From assembly GCA_964225545.1 (NCBI GenBank), contig CAXQPB010000037.1, forward strand, positions 1,989 through 65,988: 64,000 nt of DNA. Reading direction: 5' to 3'. Positions 9,563 to 18,649 of the stretch are shown piece after piece. Numbering within the stretch: position 1 is the first letter of the stretch; each line of letters begins with the position of its first letter. The stretch comes from Nitrosopumilus sp. GTDB taxonomy: Bacteria; Desulfobacterota; Binatia; UBA1149; SPBQ01. The translations under genes and the position numbers were made by a program. The notes below the pieces were generated by a model. That model was not told where the DNA came from. It saw only the letters and a program-made list of their open reading frames with translations, and searched no databases.

Positions 9563-11207
9563 CTCGCCGGCAGACTGCCATTCGCGCCTTCTTTGCCTCT
9601 CCGAGGCTGCATTCGTTGTCGCACACGACGAACTGCCCCTTCCGATCCGTACTCTGCCCTCCTGCATTCGATTCGCACCGTGCGAGACGCAAAGACACCA
9701 CCCCGGCGGTCCTGGTGTCGATCGTCGCGATTCGCTGATCGTCACCCCGGGAGCTGCTGTACTTCACGTTCACTCTCATCGCGTACACTTTCATCGATGG
9801 CTGCGAATGATTCTCGCTCGAAGCGTGCCGGCCGTTCCCCAACGACCGCTGCTTGATTCGACGACAGGTTGTCTGCGCTTCGTCGGTCACTCGTTGATAC
9901 GCGTTCAACGTTCGAGTGATTGTGCGCGAAGATCGTGTTCGTTGAATCGAGCAGGGTGAGAATAGCAGACGTTTTTTATTCGTTCGATAACGACTTCGAA
10001 GAACGATGAACTTTTCTTGCTTCGCACAACAGCACGCGTTCGTTTTGCATCGTAGTTTACCGAACGAATCACACTTCATGATTGAGCGTTACTTAAACTC
10101 ACGCGCTGTTGTTGTCGTAATTTTTAAACTGCAATCGTGATCGTGTTTTCATAACGTTGCTATCGCATCGCGATGCGTCGCGATTGATCCATACGAAACC
10201 GTCCGAGATGTTTTTTGCGCGTTCATTTCGCATGCTCATTTCGCATGCGTGTTTGGTACACGGCGCAACGCCAACACACTTGTACGATAACGACCGATTG
10301 ATCAGTGCACGTTGCCGTTCGCTGAATCGCATCTCTGATCGTACGGCGCGCGGCCAGGCAGATTGATCCGGTGCATTGATGCCGACGACGAACAGTTCGT
10401 GGCCGGCCGGCAGCGCTGTGTACGTGAACGCACCGCTGAATTCCGTTACATCCCGCGACATCACACGACGGGACATGAGATCGAGACGACGCGGATCAAA
10501 GACGAATCCATGGTGCGCGATTGGACATCAGGCTGCAGGCCGAATCGGGCGGCAACGAAGACGTGCCGAACAGGAGCGAACGTTCTCTCCATTCTTCCGT
10601 ACTTCTCCACGCGAGCCGCCGAGCAGAAACCGGCGAGACTCGGACTCGCCGCGCGTACAGTTCCGTTCGTAAGGCGCGGCCTGGGAACAGAGTGCCGGGC
10701 GAAGACCGTACAGGCGTGTCCGCGCAGGCAGGGTGCAGCGGGAAGCGTGACCGAAATCGCGGTAAAACCGCGCCGTAGCGTGCCCCCCCGAGTGCGCACG
10801 CGGGTGTTCGGCCGGAGACGGCCGCTTACGGTCGTTCAGGGCAACCCGCGGCCTGCAGTGCGAAACGAACTGGCTGCGCCGGCGGATCGCCTCGCGGAGT
10901 GCGGCCGCGGCGACGATACCCCCTTCAGACAGTGGCTTCGGGCGCGCAATACAGGATCAACGCGCAGATATGGACCTCATTCGGCAGCCGCCCCCTGAAC
11001 GCCGTTCATTCGAAGAACTGCAATCACGTTTTAGCCCGACTTATCACTGTGCTTGCAGAAGATAAGAAGTGTGTAAGTTTCATAAGGTTACCGTGCTGCG
11101 TTCGCCGCCAAAGGCAACGTCGCCAAGCCTGTCCGATTTGGGGGCCCGAGCTTCGGAACAATCCGACCGGGTCGCTCGAGATTTCAAGAAAGGAGCTCGA
11201 AAGTCCG

Positions 11208-11477
11208 ATGATGCAACTTCTCTACTTTGTCCCGTTGATCGCCTGGCTGATCTTCCTGAAGGTCTCTTACGAACAGGGTGATCGTCCGGTTTCGTTCGGT
11301 TGGCTGGCGCTGCTGGCCGGTCTGGGAACCTTTGAATGCGCGAAGGGTTTCTTCGGGCTGTTCAACAACGCACCGTCCTTCCCGATGGCGCTCGGCGCGG
11401 GACTTCTCGCCACCGGCGTGATCCTGGTCGCACGCTCGCGTCGCATGTACGCGAAGTCGGAGGCCGTTGCCGGCTGA
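11208..11477 (+). CDS. Small hydrophobic membrane protein (89 aa, 2-3 TM helices).
   Basis: AGGAG RBS at 11191-11195, 12 nt before ATG 11208. Followed by a canonical intrinsic terminator. Confidence 0.5.
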   Translation: MMQLLYFVPLIAWLIFLKVSYEQGDRPVSFGWLALLAGLGTFECAKGFFGLFNNAPSFPMALGAGLLATGVILVARSRRMYAKSEAVAG

Positions 11478-11535
11478 TCACACCCAAAAAGCACGAATCG
11501 AACGATCTCAGCCGATCGGATCGATCTGCACCAGC

Positions 11536-11562
11536 GCCGACCTTCGGGTCGGCGTTTTTTTT
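11536..11562 (+). terminator. Rho-independent terminator: GCCGACC-TTCG-GGTCGGC followed by T8.
   Basis: Perfect 7 bp GC stem, tetraloop and an 8-T run seen directly downstream of the small membrane protein gene. Confidence 0.6.
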
Positions 11563-11626
11563 GACGCCGCGCACATCTCCGGTCCGACGCTTTCCAATAA
11601 TCGCTTCATCCTGACAACTTCGCTCG

Positions 11627-12493
11627 ATGAAGTTCGTCTGCTCTCTGGCCTTCAGCCGATCCACCGACTACTGCCGTATCGCACGAGCCTGCGAAGATGC
11701 AGGAATCGACGCTGTCTCCGTGTCCGACCACGTCGTTCATCCCCGCCAGATCCAATCGCCCTACCCGTACACCCCTGACGGAAAGCCTCGATGGGAACCG
11801 TTCACGGAGTGGCCGGACCCCTTCGTGGCAATCGGAGCCATGTCTTCGGTGACGAAACGGCTGAACTTTCTCACCAGCGTCTATGTTCTGCCGATGCGCA
11901 ATCCGTTTCTGGCTGCAAAGTCGGTAGCGACCGCCTCAGTGATGTCGGACGGCCGCGTCGCGCTCGGGATCGGTGTCGGCTGGATGAATGACGAGTTCGT
12001 CCTGTTGGGTCAGAACTTTCATACCCGAGGGAAGCGAACCGACGAGATGATCGAGATCATGCGAAGGCTCTGGGCCGGCGGATGGGTCGACTATCACGGA
12101 GAACTTCATGACTTCGACGCGCTGGAGATGAGCCCGGTGCCCGCCTCGGACATCCCGATCTACGTCGGAGGCGTGTCGGAACCCGCTCTCCGCCGTGCTG
12201 CGCATCTTGGTGACGGCTGGATCTCGGACCTGCACGATACCGCTGAGCTCGCCGCGATCATCGAGAAGTTGAAGACATACCGACGCGACAGTGCGCGGGC
12301 AGATCGGCCGTTCTCGGTCCTTGCATCATGCAGCGACGCTTTCGACCTCGAAGGGTACCGCCGCCTCGAGGAGATCGGAGTCACTCACGTGATCACGATG
12401 CCCTGGGTCTTTTACGGTGCCGCGCCCGGACAGATCGAGGGACAGCTCGAAGGCATCAAGCGTTTCGGCGAGGACATTATCGCGCGGCAATGA
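11627..12493 (+). CDS. LLM-class F420-dependent oxidoreductase (luciferase-like monooxygenase family).
   Basis: TIM-barrel LLM signature regions (SVSDHV..., LGIGVGW..., C-terminal subfamily typical of TIGR03619-like F420 enzymes). Confidence 0.75.
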   Translation: MKFVCSLAFSRSTDYCRIARACEDAGIDAVSVSDHVVHPRQIQSPYPYTPDGKPRWEPFTEWPDPFVAIGAMSSVTKRLNFLTSVYVLPMRNPFLAAKSVATASVMSDGRVALGIGVGWMNDEFVLLGQNFHTRGKRTDEMIEIMRRLWAGGWVDYHGELHDFDALEMSPVPASDIPIYVGGVSEPALRRAAHLGDGWISDLHDTAELAAIIEKLKTYRRDSARADRPFSVLASCSDAFDLEGYRRLEEIGVTHVITMPWVFYGAAPGQIEGQLEGIKRFGEDIIARQ

Positions 12494-12544
12494 CACCGCA
12501 GCGGCCGGGAGACTCATGACTGCCCCGGCCGCGACGGCCGCGAT

Positions 12545-13618
12545 TCACACGGGTCGCAAAAGGCCCCGGCCGATCACCAGCGGCAGGTCGAGCACGTCGA
12601 GAAGGCCCGGTTCTGCGCGACAGACCGCGGGGATCGCGTTGACGACATGCGCGGCAGCCGTAGCGTTCCCGCCTGCGACGCGATCGCCACCGGGGTAGTC
12701 CGACTCGATCGAAAGGTCGATACACGGTTTTCCCGTGATGCGTACCCCGTGGGCCCCGTGTCCGTCGGGCGATCTCGGCCAGTCCGGCGCGGCGTCATCG
12801 TGGATCCGAGTGATATGCTCGACGACGATGCCCGGCTTGCCGTTTACGATACCGAGAACCTCGAAACGCAGCGCCCCCTGCGTGCCCTTTTCGAACGTCC
12901 CGACCGGAACCGTGACAGTCTCCGCGAGCGGGAGGCGCTCCTCGGTCTCCACGATCTCGTCGAGTTCGACGCCGAGCGCGCGGGCAACCAGTCGAAGCGT
13001 CCCGCCCCATACCATGCTCGGTACGCCCGGCAGGACCATGGGCGGAGCGTTCTCGAGCGAGGTGCCGAAACCGACGAGGTCCCGCACCGCATCCGGCGCA
13101 TGATAGGTCGCGTAGTTGAAGATCTCGTAACAGCGGATCTCGTTGATCTCTTCACAGAACCCGCTCATGACGAGCGGGATCAGATGGTTGATGAAGCCCG
13201 GGTCGATACCCGACACGAACAGCGAGCTGCCGCCGTCCCTGGCCGCCGCTGTAAAACGATCGGCGATGTCTTCGGGCGCAGATCGGGGATCGTAAAGAGG
13301 GTATACCGACGTCGAGACGACGTTGGCGCCCGCGCGTAGACACCGCTCGATGTCGTCCAGGGCCTCTTCGGGCCTGAAATCGCCTGATGCACAGTAGGCG
13401 ACCGCATCGAGATCGGCCTCGGCCAGCACAGCCTCGGCATCGCTCGTCGCCGTGACACCGAGCGCAGTGCCGCCTGCGAGTTCACCCGCATCGCGTCCGA
13501 CCTTGTCCGGGCTCGCCACGATCACCGCCGCGAGCTCGAGTTCCGGATTCGATACAACAGTTCGCAACGCGGCCTGGCCGACATTGCCTGTACCCCAGAC
13601 TGCTACTCGTATTCCCAT
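12545..13618 (-). CDS. DapB-like NAD(P)-binding oxidoreductase (paralog of 7102..8163).
   Basis: MGIRVAVWGTGNVGQAALRTV... Same architecture and length as the 7102..8163 product. Confidence 0.65.
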   Translation of the reverse strand: MGIRVAVWGTGNVGQAALRTVVSNPELELAAVIVASPDKVGRDAGELAGGTALGVTATSDAEAVLAEADLDAVAYCASGDFRPEEALDDIERCLRAGANVVSTSVYPLYDPRSAPEDIADRFTAAARDGGSSLFVSGIDPGFINHLIPLVMSGFCEEINEIRCYEIFNYATYHAPDAVRDLVGFGTSLENAPPMVLPGVPSMVWGGTLRLVARALGVELDEIVETEERLPLAETVTVPVGTFEKGTQGALRFEVLGIVNGKPGIVVEHITRIHDDAAPDWPRSPDGHGAHGVRITGKPCIDLSIESDYPGGDRVAGGNATAAAHVVNAIPAVCRAEPGLLDVLDLPLVIGRGLLRPV

Positions 13619-13676
13619 TCCTGCACTCTACGTCACCGTTCAGAATGTGCCCACCGGTACCTCGCGAACCGCCTGC

Positions 13677-14147
13677 TCAGTTCTCGGCGTGCCCTGCCGG
13701 TGCACGCGTGGTCAGCTCCGGCTCACCACGCAGAACCTGCCGGAGCACAAGGTAGGAGCCCAGCCCGATAGGGCCGGCCAGGAGCGTCGCGATCAGACAG
13801 GGAACCACCAGAACATGCCGTATCCCGTTCCGCGACGCGTCGCGTGTCAGCCAGGCACCGACGAAAAGATCGAAGGCGAGATAATGCACCCATCCCGCGA
13901 GCACGAGCCAGGGGCTGGTGAACAACCGCATTACGCCCTCGAGACTCATGAACCCGGCATCCACAGGAGCCTCCGGATTGCTCGCGAACGCCCAGACGTA
14001 AACAAGCGCGAGAATCAGCGGAGCGAGACCCGAGTGCACGAGCCGTCGGGTCCACAGTCCATCGGGTTGTACGATGAGAAGTGCCCACGCCGGAAGGACC
14101 GCAAAGTTACAGACCAGAAAGACGTCGTGGATACAGATCTCCACCAT
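13677..14147 (-). CDS. Small integral membrane protein, ABA4-like / DUF4281 family.
   Basis: Four hydrophobic helices. Sequence resembles the ABA4-like family (family assignment is from memory and tentative). Confidence 0.45.
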   Translation of the reverse strand: MVEICIHDVFLVCNFAVLPAWALLIVQPDGLWTRRLVHSGLAPLILALVYVWAFASNPEAPVDAGFMSLEGVMRLFTSPWLVLAGWVHYLAFDLFVGAWLTRDASRNGIRHVLVVPCLIATLLAGPIGLGSYLVLRQVLRGEPELTTRAPAGHAEN

Positions 14148-14151
14148 CGCC

Positions 14152-14556
14152 TCAGTCGTTCAGAACGGCGGAAGCCTGAATTTCGAGCTTGAGCTGTGGA
14201 GCGATCAGCGAAACCACCTGGACTGCGGTTCTCGCCGGATACCGCTCTGGAAAGAATTCGGAGAAGACGGCATCGACTTCCTGCGCTTCCGCGATGTCGG
14301 TGTAGTACATCGTCATATGCGTAACGTTCTCGAGCGAGGAGCCCGCAGCCTCGAGGACTGTCTTCAGATTGACGAACGCCTGCCGCGCCTGCTCGGTGAT
14401 GTCCTCGGAGATCTGCATGTCCGAGGTGATGCCGACCTGACCGGAGACATCAACGCGGTCCCCCGCTACAACGGCCTGCGAGAACTTGTATGCCCTGGCA
14501 ATTTCTTCCGCACCCGGCGGGTTCACCCTTTGTATTCTCTCTGCCTTTTCCGTCAC
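14152..14556 (-). CDS. RidA/YjgF/TdcF family reactive-intermediate deaminase.
   Basis: Length of 134 aa and conserved RidA motifs. 4-nt overlap with the upstream redoxin gene indicates an operon. Confidence 0.85.
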   Translation of the reverse strand: MTEKAERIQRVNPPGAEEIARAYKFSQAVVAGDRVDVSGQVGITSDMQISEDITEQARQAFVNLKTVLEAAGSSLENVTHMTMYYTDIAEAQEVDAVFSEFFPERYPARTAVQVVSLIAPQLKLEIQASAVLND

Positions 14557-15263
14557 GACTCTTGCCTCCTGGTCATTTTATCCGCTCGAGGAACTGGCAC
14601 GGCTCGTGCCTCTGCGCCATGCGTTCCAGGTTCGCTACCACGAACACTCGTGCGTTCGGTTCCAGATTCGCGCTGAACGCGCATTTTTTCCCAACACCGG
14701 ACCTTCTCGATCAACGCCGGGTCTCCGAAGAAACGGCTGCTGCGTCCGCGCTGCATCCAGCCGACGCGGAGATCCGGGTCGAGCATGAGAATCGCGGGAA
14801 CAAGTTCATCCGGACCAAGCACCAGGTCGAGGTCGCGCGCGATGCGCAGCTCCTCATCAGCAATGAAAGGATGATCGAAGCCGGCAGCCTCACGAAGCTG
14901 CGCGAGCTTTCCAGCCGGACCGGGACCGAGCACGAGGAATGACACTCCACACTCGGCCAGCTCTGCGCGCCGGCGACCGATCCGTTCGAGCTGCTGTCGG
15001 CACACCGGGCAGGTCGGGTCCTTCACCGTGACGACGACAATCGTTGTCTCCATCGCCAGGGCCGAGACGTCCAGCGACGCGCCGTCGATCGTCGTAACTT
15101 CGGGGGGAAATCGGAGTTCTTCGGTGCATTCCGATACCACTCCGACCGTGGACCGGGTGGCTGAATCCCGGGCAACACGCGCAGCTGAGGCGGCCGGAAT
15201 ACCCGCGAAATCAGCGACAGCGGCGAGAAAAGCGAGCAGAATCCAATGTATTTTCCTGTCCAT
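14553..15263 (-). CDS. Secreted thioredoxin-fold thiol:disulfide oxidoreductase (redoxin / AhpC-TSA-like), CxxC = CPVC.
   Basis: Signal peptide (MDRKIHWILLAFLAAVADFAGIPAASA) and the ...DPTCPVCRQQ... active-site motif. Confidence 0.7.
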   Translation of the reverse strand: MDRKIHWILLAFLAAVADFAGIPAASAARVARDSATRSTVGVVSECTEELRFPPEVTTIDGASLDVSALAMETTIVVVTVKDPTCPVCRQQLERIGRRRAELAECGVSFLVLGPGPAGKLAQLREAAGFDHPFIADEELRIARDLDLVLGPDELVPAILMLDPDLRVGWMQRGRSSRFFGDPALIEKVRCWEKMRVQRESGTERTSVRGSEPGTHGAEARAVPVPRADKMTRRQES

Positions 15264-15470
15264 CAGTAACCGCGGCGAAGCCCGGGCTGCGCAGCTTACG
15301 GCTCGTGATTATTTGTGGGAAGAACCCTTCGCTTGGGTGTTGCATGTGTGCTCTAAACCTTGACAGCGCGGTGACGGAAGCCGCGACTCGAGCTGTCCGC
15401 CGAAGAGATGCTTTCCCTTCCCCGAGACCCAGCCCGCAGTCAGAGCCGCCCACCAAGCTTGAGGCAGCAG

Positions 15471-15505
15471 GCATATTCGAAGCATTTGGAACGTTTCGAA
15501 TATGC
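15471..15505 (+). promoter_or_regulatory. Perfect 11 bp inverted repeat (GCATATTCGAA-N13-TTCGAATATGC) in the 5' region of the second RRM gene; candidate operator or RNA stem-loop.
   Basis: Seen directly, about 85 nt upstream of the ATG at 15592. Confidence 0.4.
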
Positions 15506-15591
15506 CAAGAAAGGACTCCCGTACAGGGAAGGAAAAGAGAACCATGCATGTGCCAGTCACCTGCACGGGATCAAGGAGCTACGGATCAGAA

Positions 15592-15876
15592 ATGTCGAAG
15601 AGGATTTACGTCGGAAATCTCCCATTCACTGCCAGCGAAGATGACGTGCGCGCGCTTTTTGGCGCTCACGGGGAGGTGATCTCCGTTGCCCTCATCACGG
15701 ACCGCGAGACCGGACGGCCGCGTGGCTTCGGCTTCGTCGAAATGGACGATGCCGGTGCGACCAAGGCGATCGAAACGCTCGATCAGACCGATCTGCAGGG
15801 ACGCAACCTGACTGTGAATGAGGCGAAGCCTCAGCAGAATCGCGGAGGAGGCGGCGGCCGGCGCGAACGCTGGTAA
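15592..15876 (+). CDS. Small RRM-type RNA-binding protein (second paralog).
   Basis: MSKRIYVGNLPF...RGFGFVEM with a Gly-rich tail. AAGGAG RBS at 15573-15578. Confidence 0.85.
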   Translation: MSKRIYVGNLPFTASEDDVRALFGAHGEVISVALITDRETGRPRGFGFVEMDDAGATKAIETLDQTDLQGRNLTVNEAKPQQNRGGGGGRRERW

Positions 15877-15889
15877 GAGTTTCAGTGTC

Positions 15890-15921
15890 GCAGCCGGGCG
15901 AGTGTTTCACCGCCCGGCTGC
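15890..15921 (+). terminator. Hairpin terminator candidate (11 bp perfect stem GCAGCCGGGCG / CGCCCGGCTGC, 10 nt loop) right after the RRM gene stop; no U-tract.
   Basis: Seen directly 14 nt after the TAA stop. Confidence 0.45.
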
Positions 15922-15980
15922 AAAACCATTCGGCATTCGGTCCGAGCCCCCTGGCTTTGTTCGCGTAAGCGGAAGACCGC

Positions 15981-17204
15981 ATGGACAACATCGCCCCGAC
16001 CATGGCCGACCAACCAATCTTCGAGCTGCGCGAGGCAGAGAGCTGGCGCGACCCCTTCTCGATGTATCGCGCGTTACGCGATCACGATCCGCTTCATCAT
16101 GTCGAGCAAGGCGATTACTGGGTGCTGTCCCGCTTCCGGGATGTCTTCGACGCCGCCATCGACTTCGAGACTTTTTCGTCGGCAGAGGGGCTGACGCACC
16201 AGTACGGCGAACGTGAGGCACTCGGCGTCGAGAACGCGCCCATCGTGATGCTCGACCCTCCCGAGCACACCGAGCTTCGAAAACTGGTCAGCAGCGGGTT
16301 CACACCCAGAAGGGTCAGTGACATCGAAGGCGACGTACGCGCCTTCGTTCGCGAGCGAATCGAACGGATCCGGGGACTGGCGGAGTGCGACGTCGTCACG
16401 GAGTTGATCGGGCCGTTACCGAGCTACGTTGTCGCTCACTATCTCGGAGTCCCGCAGCAGGATCGTGAGCTCTTTGATCGGTGGACGGACGCGATCGTCG
16501 CAGCCAATGCCGCAGGCGATCTCGCCAGCGCCGGGGCTGCGGTGGTCGAACTCTATGAATACTTCAACGGGCTGATCGATCTGCGCCGTACCGAGCCCGG
16601 AGACGATATGGTCTCGGCCCTTGTGGCCGCCCGCATCGGCGAGGATCAGACCGATGAGGTACCGCTGATCAAGATCCTCGGCTTCGCGTTCACCATGATC
16701 ACCGGCGGCAACGACACGACGACCGGACTGCTCGGCGGCGCGCTGGACCTGTTGACGCGATATCCGGACCAGCGACGGCTGCTGATCGAGGACCCTTCAC
16801 GGATACCGGCGGCGGTCGAGGAATATCTGCGATATCTTTCGCCTGTACAGGGTCTGGCCAGAACCGTTACGCGAGACGTGGAGCTGCACGGTCAGGTCAT
16901 CCCCCGAGGGAAGAAGGTGATGCTCCTGTACGGGTCAGCGAATCATGACGAGCGGGAGTTCGGCTCGTCGGCAGGACGATGTGATGTCACCCGCCGCTTC
17001 CGCCACATGCTCAGCTTCAGCTACGGACCGCACCACTGTATCGGGGCCGCCGCTGCACGGTTGCAGGCACGCGTGACTCTCGAGGAGCTTCTGAAACGCT
17101 GCCCGTCCTTCGTGGCGGACGGCGAGCGCGGACGCTACGCGACCGGGCACTTCGTGCGGCGTCACGAGACGCTCCCGTTCCGTGCCTCCGGACTCGAAAC
17201 CTGA
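15981..17204 (+). CDS. Cytochrome P450.
   Basis: Heme-ligand loop FSYGPHHCIGAAAARLQ, the EXXR region and P450 length. Confidence 0.9.
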   Translation: MDNIAPTMADQPIFELREAESWRDPFSMYRALRDHDPLHHVEQGDYWVLSRFRDVFDAAIDFETFSSAEGLTHQYGEREALGVENAPIVMLDPPEHTELRKLVSSGFTPRRVSDIEGDVRAFVRERIERIRGLAECDVVTELIGPLPSYVVAHYLGVPQQDRELFDRWTDAIVAANAAGDLASAGAAVVELYEYFNGLIDLRRTEPGDDMVSALVAARIGEDQTDEVPLIKILGFAFTMITGGNDTTTGLLGGALDLLTRYPDQRRLLIEDPSRIPAAVEEYLRYLSPVQGLARTVTRDVELHGQVIPRGKKVMLLYGSANHDEREFGSSAGRCDVTRRFRHMLSFSYGPHHCIGAAAARLQARVTLEELLKRCPSFVADGERGRYATGHFVRRHETLPFRASGLET

Positions 17205-17261
17205 ACCCGGCTCCGCCGCCTGATACACGGCCGCCTCCGACCGCTCCGCCGAAGCGGTCGC

Positions 17262-18464
17262 CTACTGCTTCGGCGCCCCGTTGGTGATCCAGTCCGCGAC
17301 GTAGTCGGTGAAGGCCGCGTCGAGCGCGAAGCCCGGAGGCATCGGGTTCCCGCAATCCTGGGTCCGGAGCAGCTTGGCCATGAGGAAACTGTTCGCAACG
17401 TCACCGGCAGCGACACGGCTGGTGAGAGCACTGGTGCCGCAGGTCACGGTCTCGAGAACCAGCTCGTTGTAGCCTGCATCAAAATCGCCGATATTACCGA
17501 GACCGGCGGCTCCGCTTGAACCGCCATGGCAGAACGTACCTGCGCAGCCGCCGACCTGGACGAAAACTGCCTGAACACCGGCCCAGGTCGGGGCGCTTGA
17601 CTGGTATGCAGACTGGAAGACCGCCTCGGCCGAAACATCGGCCTCATCGAACAGGCAGGTATTGAGATCGCCGACCGATGTTGTCGCGCAGGAGTCGACG
17701 GACACGAGGTTGGCCGACCCGCACGACTTGCTCACCTTGTCCTGAGCCTTGATTCGTGCGGACGCGATCTTGCCCGTCGGGTCGAGGTCAGCGCAGCCCG
17801 TAAGGTCGGTGGCGCCATCGTGCTCGGCCGTGGCCTGACACTTCGAGCGCTCCTTGAGTACCGTCCCGAAGAACTTCGACTGCTCCTTCGCAATCGTCGA
17901 GTGGCACTTCGCATCATCCTTCGGAAGCGGAGGGGTCGGTGCCCCGAGCGATGCTGTGAACATCGCCGTCTCATCGCCCTCGGTCGTACAAACCAGACAG
18001 TTCGCCAGATCGGCCATCGTCGAGATGACGGGAACCGTCGCGTTGCAGGGGGCAGGGCAGGTGGAATAACCGAGCATGCCGGGGATCTGTCCGGCACAGC
18101 GGCTGCGCGAACCCGCGATCGCGTCGACGAACTTCGACTCCGACTTCGTCAACTTGCCCTTCGGATCGGTGCCCGGAGCATCGAGATCGGAACAGTCGTT
18201 TCCAGCATCAACGGTGCCCTTGAGCCGGTTCTTGTTGCACCCGGTGACCGTCTTGCCGACCGCCTTGGCCAGCTTCTCGACACTCTTGGAGATCGCCCCG
18301 CGGCACTCCAGACCCGGGTCCAGGTGGTTGTGGGCCTCAGCGACAGCCGGAGCCAGCAGAAGGACTCCTGCCGGGAAGAGCGCGAGCAGCGCAACAATGA
18401 GACGACCCGAGGAGCAGGCCCGGGGCCGCAGCGTCGAAAAAACAGGCGTCAGAGATGATTTCAT
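17262..18464 (-). CDS. Secreted cysteine-rich protein (about 400 aa, more than 30 Cys in recurring C...C pairs), unknown function.
   Basis: Start at MKSSLTPVF... (ATG 18462-18464) followed by a signal peptide ...LLAPAVAEA. Regularly spaced Cys throughout. Confidence 0.6.
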   Translation of the reverse strand: MKSSLTPVFSTLRPRACSSGRLIVALLALFPAGVLLLAPAVAEAHNHLDPGLECRGAISKSVEKLAKAVGKTVTGCNKNRLKGTVDAGNDCSDLDAPGTDPKGKLTKSESKFVDAIAGSRSRCAGQIPGMLGYSTCPAPCNATVPVISTMADLANCLVCTTEGDETAMFTASLGAPTPPLPKDDAKCHSTIAKEQSKFFGTVLKERSKCQATAEHDGATDLTGCADLDPTGKIASARIKAQDKVSKSCGSANLVSVDSCATTSVGDLNTCLFDEADVSAEAVFQSAYQSSAPTWAGVQAVFVQVGGCAGTFCHGGSSGAAGLGNIGDFDAGYNELVLETVTCGTSALTSRVAAGDVANSFLMAKLLRTQDCGNPMPPGFALDAAFTDYVADWITNGAPKQ

Positions 18465-18574
18465 TGCGAGCGAGTAGAACAACCCGGGCAAAGTGTGACA
18501 AAAAACAGCGCGCCCCACAGGGGCAAAACCGCGCAGTTTGCGGAAATTCGACGCTGCCGGGGCGTTGCCCTCTT

Positions 18575-18586
18575 GGGGGGGGGGGG
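18575..18586. repeat. Homopolymeric G12 tract in the upstream (promoter) region of the Cys-rich secreted protein gene.
   Basis: Seen directly (tcttGGGGGGGGGGGGattg). Confidence 0.9.
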
Positions 18587-18649
18587 ATTGTTCCCCGAGA
18601 GTGGGGCCGCGGCAGCTCTCGCCGACTGTGCGCGAGAGCCGCCGCGGAG

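Noticed and set aside
9300-10998. Track ORFs 9300..9959, 9360..10079, 10099..10476 and 10363..10998 inside the AT-rich island.
   Set aside because: They overlap one another in different frames, show junk-like composition (Arg/Ser/Cys-rich), and have no RBS or start context. The region is treated as non-coding.
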